This document shows, one piece after another, positions 19,686 to 29,132 of a stretch of 64,000 nt of DNA. The DNA is taken from contig JBPOID010000005.1 in NCBI GenBank assembly GCA_052034805.1, positions 119,985 to 183,984 on the forward strand, in the 5' to 3' direction. The DNA comes from Candidatus Tayloriibacteriota bacterium. GTDB lineage: Bacteria; Patescibacteriota; Minisyncoccia; Phycocordibacterales; PALSA-1337. Position 1 is the first letter of the stretch; each line of letters opens with the position of its first letter. Both the position numbers and the translations under genes were made by a program. Below the pieces are notes generated by a model, which saw only the letters and a program-made list of their open reading frames with translations, did no database searches and was not told where the DNA came from.

Positions 19686-20870
19686 CTAGCATTTTCTATA
19701 GAGTGAAGCAAATGTCTTATTTTTCATATCATTTGCTATTATATTCCAATCATATCTTTGTTTTACAATATCTTTTGCTGTTTTTATTATATTAGTTCTC
19801 AATACTTCATCATTCAATAATTCACCAACAGAATCTGATATACTTTTTGGATTATTGACCTTACAGAATATACCTGTCTTTCTATCTTCTAAAAAATCTA
19901 CTATTCCACCCACAGGCGTAGCAATGACAGGTATTCCGGAAGCAAATGCTTCAACAAAAGATATACCGAATCCTTCGGATAAAGATGGTCTTATGAATAT
20001 ATTTGAAATATGTAAATAAATAGGTATTTCTTTATTTGGTACAAATCCTACAAATCTTACTCTATTCTCTAATTTCAATAATTTTGTCTTATCTTTTAAA
20101 AGTTTCTCTTGGGGACCAGTACCTATAATAAGTAATTTTATATTTTCATCTAAATATAATAATGAATCTATAATATCTCCTACTGCATTTTTTGCTACTA
20201 GACGAGAAGTTGTGATGAGTATGGTGTCGAAAGAATTTAGATTTAATTCATGCAATAAAGCCTTCATTTGTCCTGAACTTGGTTTTTCTTTGAAGAAATC
20301 ATAATTTACACCATTTGGAATAACAGATATTGGACAATTCGCATTCATACTTCTACCAAAATCTGCGAGAAAATGTGATATAGCTTGTATACTATCTGCT
20401 TTTTTGAATATCTTTACATAAAGAGGATACATAATTCCTACTGATTTCTTTATATGCTCTATAGAATCTCCTTCTTGTAAGGTTAATAAAAATGGTATTT
20501 TTTTATATATAGTTTTGAAAAATAGAGCAGAAAATCCATTGAAACTTGCCATTATAGACCAAATAAAATCATATTTTCTCTTATGATTTAGAATTATAGC
20601 TTTCAATAATGCAAATACAATATATTGAAACTTTACCAAATAAGATATCTTTGGGACGGTATTTCCTATTATATTTATATGAGAACCTACTCTATATACA
20701 TTTATATTTCCTATACGTTCATAACGACTTTTACCCGCATAGAGAGTGATCATATCGAATTCTATTTCATTTGTAGATATTCTATCTGTAATCTCTTTTA
20801 CAGCAATTTCCGCCCCGCCCACTAGATGCGGGAAATATGCTAGTGAGAATATTAGTGATCTTTTTGGCAT
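19686..20870 (-). CDS. GT4 glycosyltransferase
   Basis: GGAE, IPNGV, EGFGISFVEAFASGIPVI. Confidence 0.92.
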   Translation of the reverse strand: MPKRSLIFSLAYFPHLVGGAEIAVKEITDRISTNEIEFDMITLYAGKSRYERIGNINVYRVGSHINIIGNTVPKISYLVKFQYIVFALLKAIILNHKRKYDFIWSIMASFNGFSALFFKTIYKKIPFLLTLQEGDSIEHIKKSVGIMYPLYVKIFKKADSIQAISHFLADFGRSMNANCPISVIPNGVNYDFFKEKPSSGQMKALLHELNLNSFDTILITTSRLVAKNAVGDIIDSLLYLDENIKLLIIGTGPQEKLLKDKTKLLKLENRVRFVGFVPNKEIPIYLHISNIFIRPSLSEGFGISFVEAFASGIPVIATPVGGIVDFLEDRKTGIFCKVNNPKSISDSVGELLNDEVLRTNIIKTAKDIVKQRYDWNIIANDMKNKTFASLYRKC

Positions 20871-20875
20871 AATAT

Positions 20876-22675
20876 TTAATCTGTTTTCAATATTTCTCTC
20901 AATTTATCCTCCGATATCTCTTTTATATTATGAAAACTATTATCTTTCCTATTATCTATAACTTTAGACTTTTCTATATCTTTTGCAAGATTTTCTCTCT
21001 CTTTATTTTCTACAACATTATTCATTTTATTTTTCGTATTGACCTTACCGAGAACCGAAGCCAGAGCATCTCTTAATTCATTTACTTTCTCTGGTGTAGC
21101 TTCTTTTATATTATGTGAGCTATGATGATGTGAATTTTGGTTAATATTCTGAGTATTCTGATTTGTATGAGGATTGTTATGGGAATTTGTATGATGCGTC
21201 AAACTTGAAAGTGGCATTGTTTTATTTTCTTGTTTTATTTCTTGCTTTATCTCATTTTTGATTTCAGGTTTCATTTCAGATCTGATTTCTGATTTTATCT
21301 CAGTTTTATTTTTATTTTCATATTGTTTTATATCTGGTTTATGTTCTTCTTTAAATTCTGTCTTTACTTTTGGTTTATTCATAGGAGCTATAGGTGCATG
21401 CCAATCACTTATATCTTTCTCTACTACAGCTCTATCTTTTGCAAATTGCTTTCTAGATTCTTCTATAACTTTATTTACATTTGAGACTTCTGGTTGAGCT
21501 ATAGGTGGAAGAGTTGTTGCAGAAAAAGGATGTGAACTTATACCATCTATCATTAATTTTAAATATATTTGAGCAAAACCTAGATTTACTATATCCTCAG
21601 CTGTAAACTCTGGAGCAAATTCTTTTTCTAGAACCTCGGCATCATAAGAACCAACTCGAAACACTATCATGGTCCCCACGTTACCGAAAACTGCAGCTCT
21701 CACTTCCTCCTCCATTTGCTCTATATACTGATGTGCCATTGTCAGATTTAATTTATACTTTCTAGCCTCGGAGAGTATATCCGCGAAGCTTTCATTTGCA
21801 AAAGATTGGAATTCATCTACAAAAAGATAGAAATTTGGTAAACCTTTTAGAACTTTATCTGGAACATCGGCACGAGACAGCGCTGCTAAATATATTTTTG
21901 TTATAAGCATTCCACCTAGAAGATTTGCATTAGTTTCACCTATTCTTCCTTTTGATAGGTTTATTATCATAATCTTCCTTTTATCCATCATCTCTCTTAT
22001 ATTGAATGATGATTTCGGCTGACCTATCATATTTCTGATAAGAGCATTTGCAGTGAATTGACCTATTTTATTTTGTATTGCTGGTACAGCTTCTGCTGCC
22101 ATTCTTTCTGTATAATTTGCAAATTCATCCACCCAAAAAGTTTTTACGGAAGGATCTGTAACATGAGAAACTACTTTTTTTCTATATTCTTTATCAGAAA
22201 GCATTCTATTTACACCGAGGAGAGTTGCTTCTGGATATTCAAGCAAAGCAAGTAAAGTGTTTGTAAGTATATATTCCATACGAGCAGACCATGCATCTTG
22301 CCAGATTTTCTTGAATGTACTCATGAGTCCAGACACGACTAGATGTCTTTTGTCAGCATCTACACTTTCGAGCACATTGAATGAGATGGGATATTCCATA
22401 TCAAAGGGTGCAAAATACACCACATCTTTTATTCTTTCTTCTGGAATATATTCGAGCAAGAGATCAGCAGTCTTTCCATGAGGATCTATGAATGCCATAC
22501 CTTCACCATTCTTTATATCCTGTACAGCCATATTCTCGAGCAAGGTAGATTTACCCATACCTGTCTTTCCTATTACATATACATGTCTAGTACGGTCTTT
22601 GGCTTTTATACCAAAGGCTGTTCTTTTATTTCTAGCATCGGTTTCTGCAAAGTACGTTACTCTTTCTTCATTCAT
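20876..22675 (-). CDS. VirB4/TraG/TrwB-like ATPase (start reassigned to MNEERV)
   Basis: RHVYVIGKTGMGKST, IDPHG, LFVDEFQ, SEARKY, GNVGT; the ORF-track extension runs through a terminator hairpin. Confidence 0.85.
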   Translation of the reverse strand: MNEERVTYFAETDARNKRTAFGIKAKDRTRHVYVIGKTGMGKSTLLENMAVQDIKNGEGMAFIDPHGKTADLLLEYIPEERIKDVVYFAPFDMEYPISFNVLESVDADKRHLVVSGLMSTFKKIWQDAWSARMEYILTNTLLALLEYPEATLLGVNRMLSDKEYRKKVVSHVTDPSVKTFWVDEFANYTERMAAEAVPAIQNKIGQFTANALIRNMIGQPKSSFNIREMMDKRKIMIINLSKGRIGETNANLLGGMLITKIYLAALSRADVPDKVLKGLPNFYLFVDEFQSFANESFADILSEARKYKLNLTMAHQYIEQMEEEVRAAVFGNVGTMIVFRVGSYDAEVLEKEFAPEFTAEDIVNLGFAQIYLKLMIDGISSHPFSATTLPPIAQPEVSNVNKVIEESRKQFAKDRAVVEKDISDWHAPIAPMNKPKVKTEFKEEHKPDIKQYENKNKTEIKSEIRSEMKPEIKNEIKQEIKQENKTMPLSSLTHHTNSHNNPHTNQNTQNINQNSHHHSSHNIKEATPEKVNELRDALASVLGKVNTKNKMNNVVENKERENLAKDIEKSKVIDNRKDNSFHNIKEISEDKLREILKTD

Positions 22676-22732
22676 AATATAGTGATTTATTATCACTATT
22701 TTAACATAAATAAAATAAATATAATACAAAAA

Positions 22733-22780
22733 GAATCCCCGAACGCATATCCATTCATGCGTTCGGGGAAACGAAATCAA
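22733..22780 (-). terminator. Intrinsic terminator
   Basis: CCCCGAACGCAT-8nt-ATGCGTTCGGGG then ATTCTTTT on the minus strand. Confidence 0.75.
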
Positions 22781-22798
22781 GATCACTCCTTTTGGATA

Positions 22799-22987
22799 TT
22801 AGACCCTGACTGAAACTGACGTACCTGTCGACTTCCTACTCGACTGATACAACTTCAAAGCCTCTTCTTTCTTCCTGTTCTCTTCCTCCGCAGCTTTTGC
22901 TCTGAGAGCATCATATTCAGCAAGGGTAATCTCTACCCTCTTGCCATCAGGCCCTCGATGAAACAACTTACGATCTGTTGCAGCCAT
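22799..22987 (-). CDS. Small orphan protein
   Basis: 62 aa, GC-richer than neighbours, own terminator and structured leader. Confidence 0.6.
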   Translation of the reverse strand: MAATDRKLFHRGPDGKRVEITLAEYDALRAKAAEEENRKKEEALKLYQSSRKSTGTSVSVRV

Positions 22988-23111
22988 AAGCTTCTTCTAG
23001 TCTATTTTTACCTCCAACAACTGACAAGGTATTGTCCCTTACTCCCATAAGGGCGCCTTGACTTATATTGTTGGCTCCGGAATAAAATAATACTCTTATA
23101 ATCTAAAATAG

Positions 23112-24314
23112 TCAAGGGTTCGTAGAAGTAGCGGTTGTGGATGCAATATCCAAAGCAGAATAAGTATAATTATTCGAAGCATTCCACATCATCCAGCTAT
23201 CAAGACCTACATCATATACTGCTCTCTTTTCTTCTCTTATCATATCGCTTGTATAATACGTACCACCAATACTGAAATCCTGTAACCAAGGTCTAAGCTT
23301 CATAGGACTGGATGTTGCAGTGATTGCTCTATTGTATGCTCTAGACATAGCGAAATATATAACATCATAAGGTTTTTCTGCTGGCTTTTTCCAACCATTG
23401 AAATTCGGTGGATAATGAGATGGATAGACCATAGGTGCAACGAAATCAAAATGTGCCAAAGCATTCTCTAAAACCTGACCAATACCTAAATCATCAGTAT
23501 TAGAAGTAGTCATACCGAAAAGATCGGCAGATATTGGGATATTTCTAGGTCTAAATTCATTATCTATGTAAATGAAAAATTCTTTTATAGCTTCTGATTT
23601 TATTTTTCCTTCACTGTATGTATATTTTATATCAGACATATTTCCATCTGATGGAAAACGTATATAATCAAAATTTAATTCATCAAATCCCAATGAATAT
23701 GCTTCATTACCTATATCTCTTATATAATTCCATACAGGTTTCGCACCCACATCAAGCCAACTCACACCTTTATAATCTTTCCAAACTTCACCAGATTTTG
23801 TCTTTACGGCATATTCTGGAAATCTCTTTACAAAAAATGAATCTTGAAATGTCGATATACGTCCTATAACATATATACCTTTATCATGTAGAGTCTGTAT
23901 GAATTCTTTTATATCTTTTACCCTTTCTTCAGATGAACCAACCTTTATAAGATCAGGGTTAGTAACAGCAAATCCTATACGTCCTGTATAATCCTTTATA
24001 TCCAGAACAATAGAATTCAATTCTGTAGTATCTACAATATTTACCAATTTATCTCTTTTATCTTTATTACCAGCAACCCAGTTCGTCATATATAAAGCTT
24101 TTACAACTTTCGGTGTCTTTATATGAGATATTTTTATTTTCTCTATTTCCTTTACACTAGATACAGTATCTGCCGTTATTGATTCTTTCAAAGAAGAAGA
24201 ACTATATACCTCGTATGTCATAGGTATTTCATAAACTATAAAAGCAAATAGAAATATTACTATGATTACAAATAAAGATCTCTTAGTAGTATTTGCTATT
24301 CTAGCTTTACTCAT
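23112..24314 (-). CDS. Putative glycoside hydrolase (DUF4015-like TIM barrel)
   Basis: NSIVLDIKD, GFDELNFDYIRFP, PMVYPSHY, RPWLQDF, WNASN.Y. Confidence 0.85.
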   Translation of the reverse strand: MSKARIANTTKRSLFVIIVIFLFAFIVYEIPMTYEVYSSSSLKESITADTVSSVKEIEKIKISHIKTPKVVKALYMTNWVAGNKDKRDKLVNIVDTTELNSIVLDIKDYTGRIGFAVTNPDLIKVGSSEERVKDIKEFIQTLHDKGIYVIGRISTFQDSFFVKRFPEYAVKTKSGEVWKDYKGVSWLDVGAKPVWNYIRDIGNEAYSLGFDELNFDYIRFPSDGNMSDIKYTYSEGKIKSEAIKEFFIYIDNEFRPRNIPISADLFGMTTSNTDDLGIGQVLENALAHFDFVAPMVYPSHYPPNFNGWKKPAEKPYDVIYFAMSRAYNRAITATSSPMKLRPWLQDFSIGGTYYTSDMIREEKRAVYDVGLDSWMMWNASNNYTYSALDIASTTATSTNP

Positions 24315-24529
24315 TATACAGTCTTATTATCTATATTATTTTCTTTTTTATTCTCTACGAAACTATCTATTTTTTCTTTCCTTTCTTTAGGTGGAATATT
24401 GTATGATACAGCGATTATGATAAGACCAGTTATAACATATAAAGTCTTTATCCAAAAAGAAGGTATACCCAAGAATACAAGGACCATAACCCATACACCC
24501 AAAATACTCAGCACTTGTCTTTTTGACAT
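24314..24529 (-). CDS. Small 2-TM hypothetical protein
   Basis: LGVWV...FLGIPSFW...ITG hairpin. Confidence 0.7.
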   Translation of the reverse strand: MSKRQVLSILGVWVMVLVFLGIPSFWIKTLYVITGLIIIAVSYNIPPKERKEKIDSFVENKKENNIDNKTV

Positions 24530-24564
24530 ATTTTTTTAAAAAAGATTAATGCAGTTATTATACA

Positions 24565-25254
24565 CTATATTTCTGAAACAATGACAACGAATTCACCTTT
24601 CTGTTTCTCTTCATTATTATTTAATATTTCCAATATTTCTTCTGCACTACCTTGTAGTACTTCTTCATATATTTTAGTTATTTCACGAACTATAGTGATT
24701 TTCTTTTTTATATTCTTTAAAGATTCTAAGGTCTTCAATATTCTATGTGTACTTTCATAGAATATAACCGTTCTATCTTCTTTTTCTATTTCTTTAAATA
24801 TTGTTTCTCTACCCTTCTTATGTGGCATAAAACCCAAGAAAATAAACTCGTGACTAGGTACACCAGCTATAGATAATGCCGCGGTCAATGCCGATGGACC
24901 TGGTATTGCTTCTATTTTCAATTCATTTGATTTTATTTTATCTTGGAAATTTTCTCTTATCTTGGATACAAGCAAAGATCCTGGATCAGATATACCAGGA
25001 GTACCCGCATCTGTAACTAAAGCTATATTTTTGCCTTCGGATATTTTTTCTAAAATCAATTCGACTTTAGTATCTCCACTTTGGGAATGATAACTCAATG
25101 TGGGTGTGTTTATACTATATTTATCGAAAATTCTCTTGGTCATACGTGTATCTTCACATAGAACTATATCGACAGAAGACAATATACGTATAGCGTGAAA
25201 GCTAATATCTTCTAGATTTCCTATTGGCGTAGCTATAACATAAAAAGTAGACAT
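24565..25254 (-). CDS. rsmI: 16S rRNA C1402 2'-O-methyltransferase
   Basis: ATPIGNLEDI, CEDTR, DAGTPGISDPG, REITKIYEE, KGEFV. Confidence 0.95.
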   Translation of the reverse strand: MSTFYVIATPIGNLEDISFHAIRILSSVDIVLCEDTRMTKRIFDKYSINTPTLSYHSQSGDTKVELILEKISEGKNIALVTDAGTPGISDPGSLLVSKIRENFQDKIKSNELKIEAIPGPSALTAALSIAGVPSHEFIFLGFMPHKKGRETIFKEIEKEDRTVIFYESTHRILKTLESLKNIKKKITIVREITKIYEEVLQGSAEEILEILNNNEEKQKGEFVVIVSEI

Positions 25255-25281
25255 AACGTTATAATATACTACACTATCTAT

Positions 25282-26490
25282 ATGGCAAGTATTGTATATA
25301 TAGCAAGAGATATAGAAAGAGCTTTAGGCAAGGAACCTAAAGGCGATTATTATATTATTACAAACAAAACATCATACGGAATAGAAATAAAAAACAAATT
25401 CCCAGATAATATTTTCCTTATAGAAAATAAAGAAATATTAGATACTTATGATCTATTAGCAAGAGAAGATGTAAAAGAAATAATAAATAAATTAAAGGCA
25501 AAAATCCTTGTATTCAAAAATACTTTGAATATAGAAGATTTCTGCAAAGAAAATAATTGGGAATTATTGAATCCAGACGCTAGATTATCTGATATAGCAG
25601 AAAACAAAATATCTCAAGTCTCATGGTTAGGAGAATTAGCATCTCTATTGCCACCACATTCTATAGATATGGTAAAAAATATAAAATGGAATAAAAAACC
25701 TTTTATATTGCAATGGTCACATGGACATACAGGTGACGGAACAATACTCATTCAAAATGAAAAAGATTTAGAAAATATAAAAACAAAATTCCCACATAGA
25801 GACGCTAGAATTACAGATTTTATAAAAGGACCAGTATTCACCATGAATATAGTTGTAGGAGAAAAAGAAATATTATTCGGAAATATTAGTTATCAGATAA
25901 CTGGTATATCTCCTTTCACAGAGAATCCTTTCAGTACAATAGGAAATGATTGGTCAGTGCCATATACAATACTAAGTGAAGAAAATCTAAAAGAATTCCA
26001 TAGCATAGCAAACGATATAGCAAAGAAAATGCAAAAATCAAAATGGTTAGGACTTTTCGGTATTGATATTATATATGATGAAGAAAGAAATAAACTTCAT
26101 TTATTAGAAATAAACGGTAGACAACCCGCCTCGACAACATTTGAATCAGAATTGCAATCAAAAATAAATACAGAAGCAAAAACAGAGAAAAAAACAGAGA
26201 AAGGTGAAGCCATAACAATATTTGAAGCTCATATAAAAGCTCTTAATCGAGAGCTTAAAGGAAATAGTATTATAGTAATAAATGACGGTGCACAGATATT
26301 ACAGAGATTAACAAAAGAAAATTTGAAAATAAATACAAATAAAATTATCGAAGCAGGATATAAAGTGATAGAATATCAAAATACAAAAATCAATTCAGAT
26401 TATCTGAGAATACAGAGCGATAAAGGCATAATGGAAACTCATAATAAATTCAACAGTAGAGGAAAAGAAATATTACAATCACTAATATAG
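25282..26490 (+). CDS. ATP-grasp ligase family protein
   Basis: AENK, PFILQ...GHTGDGT, DFIKG, GLFGIDII, LLEINGR. Confidence 0.8.
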   Translation: MASIVYIARDIERALGKEPKGDYYIITNKTSYGIEIKNKFPDNIFLIENKEILDTYDLLAREDVKEIINKLKAKILVFKNTLNIEDFCKENNWELLNPDARLSDIAENKISQVSWLGELASLLPPHSIDMVKNIKWNKKPFILQWSHGHTGDGTILIQNEKDLENIKTKFPHRDARITDFIKGPVFTMNIVVGEKEILFGNISYQITGISPFTENPFSTIGNDWSVPYTILSEENLKEFHSIANDIAKKMQKSKWLGLFGIDIIYDEERNKLHLLEINGRQPASTTFESELQSKINTEAKTEKKTEKGEAITIFEAHIKALNRELKGNSIIVINDGAQILQRLTKENLKINTNKIIEAGYKVIEYQNTKINSDYLRIQSDKGIMETHNKFNSRGKEILQSLI

Positions 26491-26526
26491 AATAAATATT
26501 CTATATATTTAGATAAATTTTTCAAA

Positions 26527-27303
26527 ATGAATACAAAATTTATATCATCAAAAGCTTTAACGATTATAGACCAATACAAAAATTTCCAAATAGGAAATGC
26601 TATTTGTTCTATACCCTATTACAATAATAAAATAAGCACAGTTAGAGCTGGACTCAGAGTAAATATTGGAAAAGGTAGTGCGAAAGATATATATGATGAA
26701 ATAGAAAGACTTTCAATAATACAGAAATTTGATATCAAATCATTCAATAATGATAATCTAAAAAAGTTCTTAGTAGATAATAATATAGGAATAGATTGTT
26801 CTGCTTTCGCGTATTATGTATTGGAAGCCGAGAGTATAGATAGAGGCAAAGGAAATCTCGACAAGATTCTATCTTTCCCTTTTTGCAAGGGATTATTCGG
26901 AAGTATAAAAAGTAAATTAAGACCAGTAGAAAACGCTAGTGTAGAAACATTTGCTCATGAGAAAAATAGCAGAATAATAAATATAAAAGATATATCCGTC
27001 GGAGATATGATAATAATATTAGGTAATAAAGAAGGAAATGATAGAAATCATATACTTATAATAAATCAAATAGAATATCAAAACTTCATACCAACAAATA
27101 TACATTATGTACATGCTATAGCTTGGCCAACTAATGGAAAATACGATACCGGTATTCATGAAGGAGAAATAGAAATAAAAGATATAAATAAAAGTATTAT
27201 TGAACAGAATTGGATAGAAAATAATGCAATAGGAAATGAAAATTACACTTTCTCAAAAGCTTTAGACGGTAAAACTAATATATACAGACTGAATCATTTT
27301 TGA
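26527..27303 (+). CDS. NlpC/P60-like (Cys-His) hydrolase or transferase
   Basis: IPY, GIDCSAF, GDMI....HILI, later H. Confidence 0.6.
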   Translation: MNTKFISSKALTIIDQYKNFQIGNAICSIPYYNNKISTVRAGLRVNIGKGSAKDIYDEIERLSIIQKFDIKSFNNDNLKKFLVDNNIGIDCSAFAYYVLEAESIDRGKGNLDKILSFPFCKGLFGSIKSKLRPVENASVETFAHEKNSRIINIKDISVGDMIIILGNKEGNDRNHILIINQIEYQNFIPTNIHYVHAIAWPTNGKYDTGIHEGEIEIKDINKSIIEQNWIENNAIGNENYTFSKALDGKTNIYRLNHF

Positions 27304-27340
27304 TTGAAAAATATAGCTATTTCATGGTAAAGTATTGATT

Positions 27341-28468
27341 ATGATAAGCATACTAGAAGGTACAGCTGATCTAGGCTATATATTAGGCTTTGCTATATAT
27401 GCATGTCTTCTCTCTTTTATATTAGCTCCTATACTTATAAAATATTTAAAATATTTTCATATAATCAAACCTCCAAAAACAGAATTAATTTCTATAGAAT
27501 CTCGCAAAGGCAAAGACAATACACCGATAATGGGAGGTCTGCTCGTTATAATAACAGTAGCAATAATCACTATAAATTTTAATTGGTCAAGAAGTTTCAC
27601 ATGGGTACCGATAGGTATAATGCTTCTATCAGCTTTGCTTGGAGGAATAGATGATCTTATGAATATTTTCGGTACAGAGAGAAGATCAAGAAAGCTTTCT
27701 CATATAATAAAATTAATAAAAATACACAAGGAATTCAAAATGAGATTATGGTATATAATCACATTCCCTTGGACAATATTCAAAAGAACTTCAGTATGGA
27801 TCGGCTCTAGACCAGGAAAAGGTATTCATGTTCATGAGAAATTATTATTACAATTCATCGCTGGTTCCATAACAGCATGGTGGGTATATGCGAAACTAGG
27901 ACCAGCATGGCATTATATTTATTTACCTTTTAAATACGAAATATATGCAGGATGGTTTATCATACCAATAATAATATTTATAGTTATGTTTACCGCAAAT
28001 GCTGTGAATATAGCTGACGGTATGGATGGTCTGTCTGGTGGAATGCTTTTATCTTCTTTTAGTGCATTAACTTTATTGAGTTGGATAAATGGTTTCGGAG
28101 AAATAGCAATAATAAATTCAACCGCAGTGGGAGCCTTAGTTGCATATACATATTTCAATATAAAACCAGCAAGATTCATGATGGGAGATGTAGGATCATT
28201 AGGCCTTGGAGCATTATTCGCGGTAAATACCCTAGCCATAGGAGAAATAGGATCTATTTTATTTTTGGGTTTTGTTTTTTATGTGGAAGCCTTCAGTGTC
28301 CTTATACAAGTTTTTGGAAAATATATATTAGGAAGAAAGATATTCCGCATGGCACCATTACATCATCATTTTGAACTAATAGGATGGAGTGAAGAGAAAA
28401 CAATAATGCGTTTTTGGATTATACATTTTATCTTTGTTATATTCGGAATATGGTTAGCATTACACTAA
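27341..28468 (+). CDS. mraY: Phospho-MurNAc-pentapeptide transferase with a long loop insertion
   Basis: TPIMGG, GGIDD, NAVNIADGMDGL, FMMGDVGS, MAPLHHHFEL.GW.E. Confidence 0.92.
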   Translation: MISILEGTADLGYILGFAIYACLLSFILAPILIKYLKYFHIIKPPKTELISIESRKGKDNTPIMGGLLVIITVAIITINFNWSRSFTWVPIGIMLLSALLGGIDDLMNIFGTERRSRKLSHIIKLIKIHKEFKMRLWYIITFPWTIFKRTSVWIGSRPGKGIHVHEKLLLQFIAGSITAWWVYAKLGPAWHYIYLPFKYEIYAGWFIIPIIIFIVMFTANAVNIADGMDGLSGGMLLSSFSALTLLSWINGFGEIAIINSTAVGALVAYTYFNIKPARFMMGDVGSLGLGALFAVNTLAIGEIGSILFLGFVFYVEAFSVLIQVFGKYILGRKIFRMAPLHHHFELIGWSEEKTIMRFWIIHFIFVIFGIWLALH

Positions 28469-28477
28469 AAAGATTAT

Positions 28478-29116
28478 ATGTCATATCTAAAATGGAAAGA
28501 AGAGAGAATAAAAGATAATAGTGAAGAATACATTTCTAAAATGTATGATAATGGCTTCGTCTTTACACGTATAGGAAAAGATTTGATGCAACAGACCAGA
28601 AGTATACGTATAGACTTATCAAAATTCGAATTATCTAGTGAAAATAAAAGAATATTGAAAAAGATAGAAGGTATAGAAATAAGATCAGATAATATACCCT
28701 ATGATAAATATGATTGGAAAATAGGAAAGATAGGAAAAGATTTCTATGAAAGCCGTAAAGCGGATTTCAGTGCAAATAAAATAAAAGAATTAATAACAGA
28801 TTCTAAAAGCAATTTTAATTTACTTCTTAATTTCTCTGATATCGGTTTCGCTATATGTTATTACAATAAAGATATAATTCATTATTCATATCCATTTTAT
28901 AATATAGAGAAAACTGGGAAAGATATGGGTTTAGGCATGATGATAAAGAGTATAATCTGGGCAAAAGAAAAAGGACTTAAATATATTTATTTAGGATCTC
29001 TACAAAGACCAAGTGATGTATATAAATTACAATTTTCTGGAATAGAGTGGTTCGATGAAAATAAATGGAGTGGAGATTTAGAAGAGGTAAAGAAAGTTTT
29101 AGGTGATATTAAATAA
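28478..29116 (+). CDS. Aminoacyl-tRNA--protein transferase-like (ATE1/Bpt family)
   Basis: SIRIDLSKFELS...KRILKK, Y.FY, LG.....I..AK..GLKYIYLG, YKLQF. Confidence 0.75.
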   Translation: MSYLKWKEERIKDNSEEYISKMYDNGFVFTRIGKDLMQQTRSIRIDLSKFELSSENKRILKKIEGIEIRSDNIPYDKYDWKIGKIGKDFYESRKADFSANKIKELITDSKSNFNLLLNFSDIGFAICYYNKDIIHYSYPFYNIEKTGKDMGLGMMIKSIIWAKEKGLKYIYLGSLQRPSDVYKLQFSGIEWFDENKWSGDLEEVKKVLGDIK

Positions 29117-29132
29117 AGATTTATATATAAAC

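Noticed and set aside
22676-22786. N-terminal extension of the ATPase ORF
   Set aside because: Crosses a terminator hairpin; ATG at 22675 preferred
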